Source: a virus (Duplodnaviria > Caudoviricetes). From it: DNA of 53,915 nt. The stretch spans positions 1 to 53,915 of IMG/VR virus record IMGVR_UViG_3300035702_000343, one strand, 5' to 3'. Shown here piece by piece: positions 51,649 to 53,915 of the stretch (the stretch's first letter is position 1; each line of letters starts with the position of its first letter). The notes under the pieces were generated by a model. The model was given only the letters and a program-made list of their open reading frames with translations. It did not search any database and was not told the DNA's origin. A program made the translations under genes and the position numbers.

Positions 51649-52435
51649 CTTCCTCTTCTATATCTGCTATTGTTTTAATTTTGAATTCAAAGTTCTGTAT
51701 AAATTTGTTTCCACGTTCTGCTTTGTCCTTCTCGTGATCTTGTATTCGATCATGGTATCTTAGTAGAAGTGTTGCCCATTTTTGAGCTAGCTCTGGTCTT
51801 ATTTTACTGTCTTCTTTAAACTTAAAATAAGAATCATTCACTACATCTTTTAGCATGATCCCGAAATCTTTTTCAGGGGTTGCTCCTAACTTCCACATAA
51901 GGTAAGGCTTGTCTCCTTTTAGAGCTATTTTATAAAATTTTGATAACTGTGTATTTTCTATGGTCCTTACATAGTCTTGTCGCTCTTTTAATGTCCAGTC
52001 TTCCATATCGAAAAAATACTTTATGAAGATATTTATATCTTCTACGCCATATTGCCTATTAAAGTCTGCCGATTCTAAAAGATCTATATCTTCTTTGTCT
52101 ATTCCAGCAACGCACATAGAGGTTACTAGCCTAAACATTAAGGGATCATTTATAAGGTCAAACGCATTTTTTACAGGATGCATTTTTTCCGGGGTATTGG
52201 TATGTGTTAGGTGGGCATACATGTCTAATACTCCTAAGTCCCTAATCCAGTCTATGTTAACTGGTTCAGTTCCCTTAAAGTAGTCCGGCATTTCGTCCCG
52301 TAAAGTATTCATAACAATAGCTATGGCCTTTTTATTGTACTCGAGTCCATACTTCTCCAACTCTTCTTGAATTCGATCAAGAGTAAATTTGGAGACAACT
52401 AAAGCTTCTATGAATTTAAGGTGTGGTATTTTCAT
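51614..52435 (-). CDS. Hypothetical protein (candidate terminase small subunit, unproven)
   Basis: ORF track; helical; upstream of terL. Confidence 0.55.
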   Translation of the reverse strand: MKIPHLKFIEALVVSKFTLDRIQEELEKYGLEYNKKAIAIVMNTLRDEMPDYFKGTEPVNIDWIRDLGVLDMYAHLTHTNTPEKMHPVKNAFDLINDPLMFRLVTSMCVAGIDKEDIDLLESADFNRQYGVEDINIFIKYFFDMEDWTLKERQDYVRTIENTQLSKFYKIALKGDKPYLMWKLGATPEKDFGIMLKDVVNDSYFKFKEDSKIRPELAQKWATLLLRYHDRIQDHEKDKAERGNKFIQNFEFKIKTIADIEEEDERPKHISDLK

Positions 52436-52438
52436 TTT

Positions 52439-52669
52439 TTATGTTGCTATGGATATAAACAGTCTTAGAGTTTCCTGGTTAGGTACTGAAGAGAATTCCC
52501 CTATTTGTATGGGTGGTTCCCCATCTACATATAATGTCATCATCCCGTCCTCTTCTCCTATCATTTGTTCGGCGTCTAATCCAAACACATATTCAATGAG
52601 GTCTTGTGTCTCATTTGCAACTTTATTATAATAGGAGGTTCCGGAATGTTCAATTAGGATCTTATTCAC
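52439..52669 (-). CDS. Hypothetical protein
   Basis: ORF track. Confidence 0.55.
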   Translation of the reverse strand: MNKILIEHSGTSYYNKVANETQDLIEYVFGLDAEQMIGEEDGMMTLYVDGEPPIQIGEFSSVPNQETLRLFISIAT

Positions 52670-53306
52670 TATCTCTTACGTAAGTATTATTTGTGTAGCT
52701 GGGTGCATTTGCTCTTGCAATTTCTAAGGCCTTTTGATGTTCCCTTTGCTTAATTCTCGCATTTCTAACCTTTGGATAGTGTCTAGCTAGATCTCTAATC
52801 ATCTTCTCTTTAATGTTGTTCTCAGCGATTGCTGGTCCAATTCCTAAAGTAAGTGGTCCCATCCATTTTCTATTTCTAAGAGAAAAGTGTTTTTTACTCT
52901 CGTCCTGGATTTTATCCCGGGCCATCGCCTCTAGCTTATCATCAAAATAAATGCCTAAAGAATCTTCAATATCTTCTACTCCTAGTGAGGCTTTTTTAAG
53001 TATTTTATAAGCTGCCTTTTTGTGTTTTCCTTCTACTTTACCTACCTCATAAGCACCTACGCCCAAAGCGGTCGTTTGTACTGCTTTGTTTTTAGATAGG
53101 TCTCGGGCTTTTACAGCTCCTCGCATAACATCCATTTTAGAGGGTGCTTTATCCATTAAGTAGTTCTTTGTCTTTTCCGTTGCCTTTAGCATATCGCGCT
53201 TTGTTGGGGTATTTTTTGGAACAATACTTTTAATACGGCTCATTAACCCTCTTAAAAAGTTAGCGTCCTTGTGCATTTCTCCTAAAAATCCGTCTAATTC
53301 GTTCAT
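52662..53306 (-). CDS. Basic hypothetical virion-type protein with K-x-A motifs
   Basis: ORF track; short internal repeat PTKRDMLKA/PSKMDVMRG. Confidence 0.6.
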   Translation of the reverse strand: MNELDGFLGEMHKDANFLRGLMSRIKSIVPKNTPTKRDMLKATEKTKNYLMDKAPSKMDVMRGAVKARDLSKNKAVQTTALGVGAYEVGKVEGKHKKAAYKILKKASLGVEDIEDSLGIYFDDKLEAMARDKIQDESKKHFSLRNRKWMGPLTLGIGPAIAENNIKEKMIRDLARHYPKVRNARIKQREHQKALEIARANAPSYTNNTYVRDSE

Positions 53307-53307
53307 T

Positions 53308-53913
53308 TTAATTTATCCTTAATTTGTTATTTGAGGGGTTCATGTTTCTCAGAGTAGGTATATTTTTAAAACCCGAGTTTAATTCTACAGCTTTTTCTAA
53401 ACTTGTTGTAGTAGCTTGTGGCTTTGAGGAAAGAGCTCCTATAGTTGTTACATTTCCTCCTAAATAAGATTTACTCTTTCAACCGGATTTTGAACTGGCT
53501 CCGATCATGCCTCTTACAAAATTAGGGATCCTTTTCGCTGCTGCTGATCAAAACCCCTCTTTCTTTAATTCTTTATGATGTAACTTGTATTTTCGTGATC
53601 CAAAAGCCCCTGGACGGTTTAAAACTGTTTTTCTTATATGATCCATAGCTTTTTCTGTCGGCATTGGGTCAGCCTCTCTAAATTCATTTTCGGTATCAGT
53701 GTGAGAAAGTTGTGTCATTTGCCCGGGGTTCATATTTTTGTGTTCTTTCATACTTCCCCCATTTTTTTCTAACTTATCAGCTACTGCCGTAAATACTGGG
53801 TATCCAATTGCGCCTGCTGCTATACTTTTTACAAGTCTGGGTGTAACTCCACTATAAAGACCCTTCAATCCTTTTACTTTTTGCGTCTTTATTTTAGACG
53901 TTATCTTTTTTAG
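53308..53913 (-). CDS. Partial hypothetical protein (5' end outside window) with mitochondrial-carrier-like motif; TGA=Trp at 53548, 53479
   Basis: Open from window end to TAA 53308 with read-through; GLKGLYSGVTPRLVKSIAAGAIGYPVF. Confidence 0.6.
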
Positions 53914-53915
53914 CT

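Noticed and set aside
182-52631. Numerous antisense ORFs in the track (e.g. 7467..7796, 12664..13227, 45267..45707)
   Set aside because: Shadows of real genes on the opposite strand with Ser/Leu/Phe-rich composition; only the intron HNH has independent support

Overview
A 53.9-kb fragment of a large, AT-rich contractile-tailed (myovirus-like) dsDNA phage, with a probable FCB-group/Bacteroidota-like host (inferred from promoter form, the RpoD-type sigma factor and bS21). Two minus-strand morphogenesis blocks (1-19.7 kb: tail fibre, baseplate, sigma factor, tape measure, chaperones; 36.9-53.9 kb: tube, sheath, neck, capsid, protease, terminase, bS21) flank a plus-strand replication/metabolism/RNA block (19.8-36.7 kb). 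The supplied ORF track is fragmented because TGA is read as Trp: by hand I count 41 in-frame TGA codons in 16 genes, many at conserved Trp positions. DNA polymerase, helicase and RNR use only TGG, and two plus-strand genes may still stop at TGA, which suggests a dual, regulated code. The phage tmRNA is split in its T-loop by a group I intron carrying an antisense HNH gene with its own promoter. A second group I intron (GIY-YIG ORF) splits the catalytic Cys codon of a class II RNR. Also present: tRNA-Lys, NAD kinase, an HD (ppGpp-hydrolase-like) protein, a nucleotidyltransferase, two sigma factors, three promoter classes, a -1 frameshift in the tail chaperone, a recurrent K-x-A motif in head proteins and a mitochondrial-carrier-like motif. 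All calls are by eye; no database searches were run.
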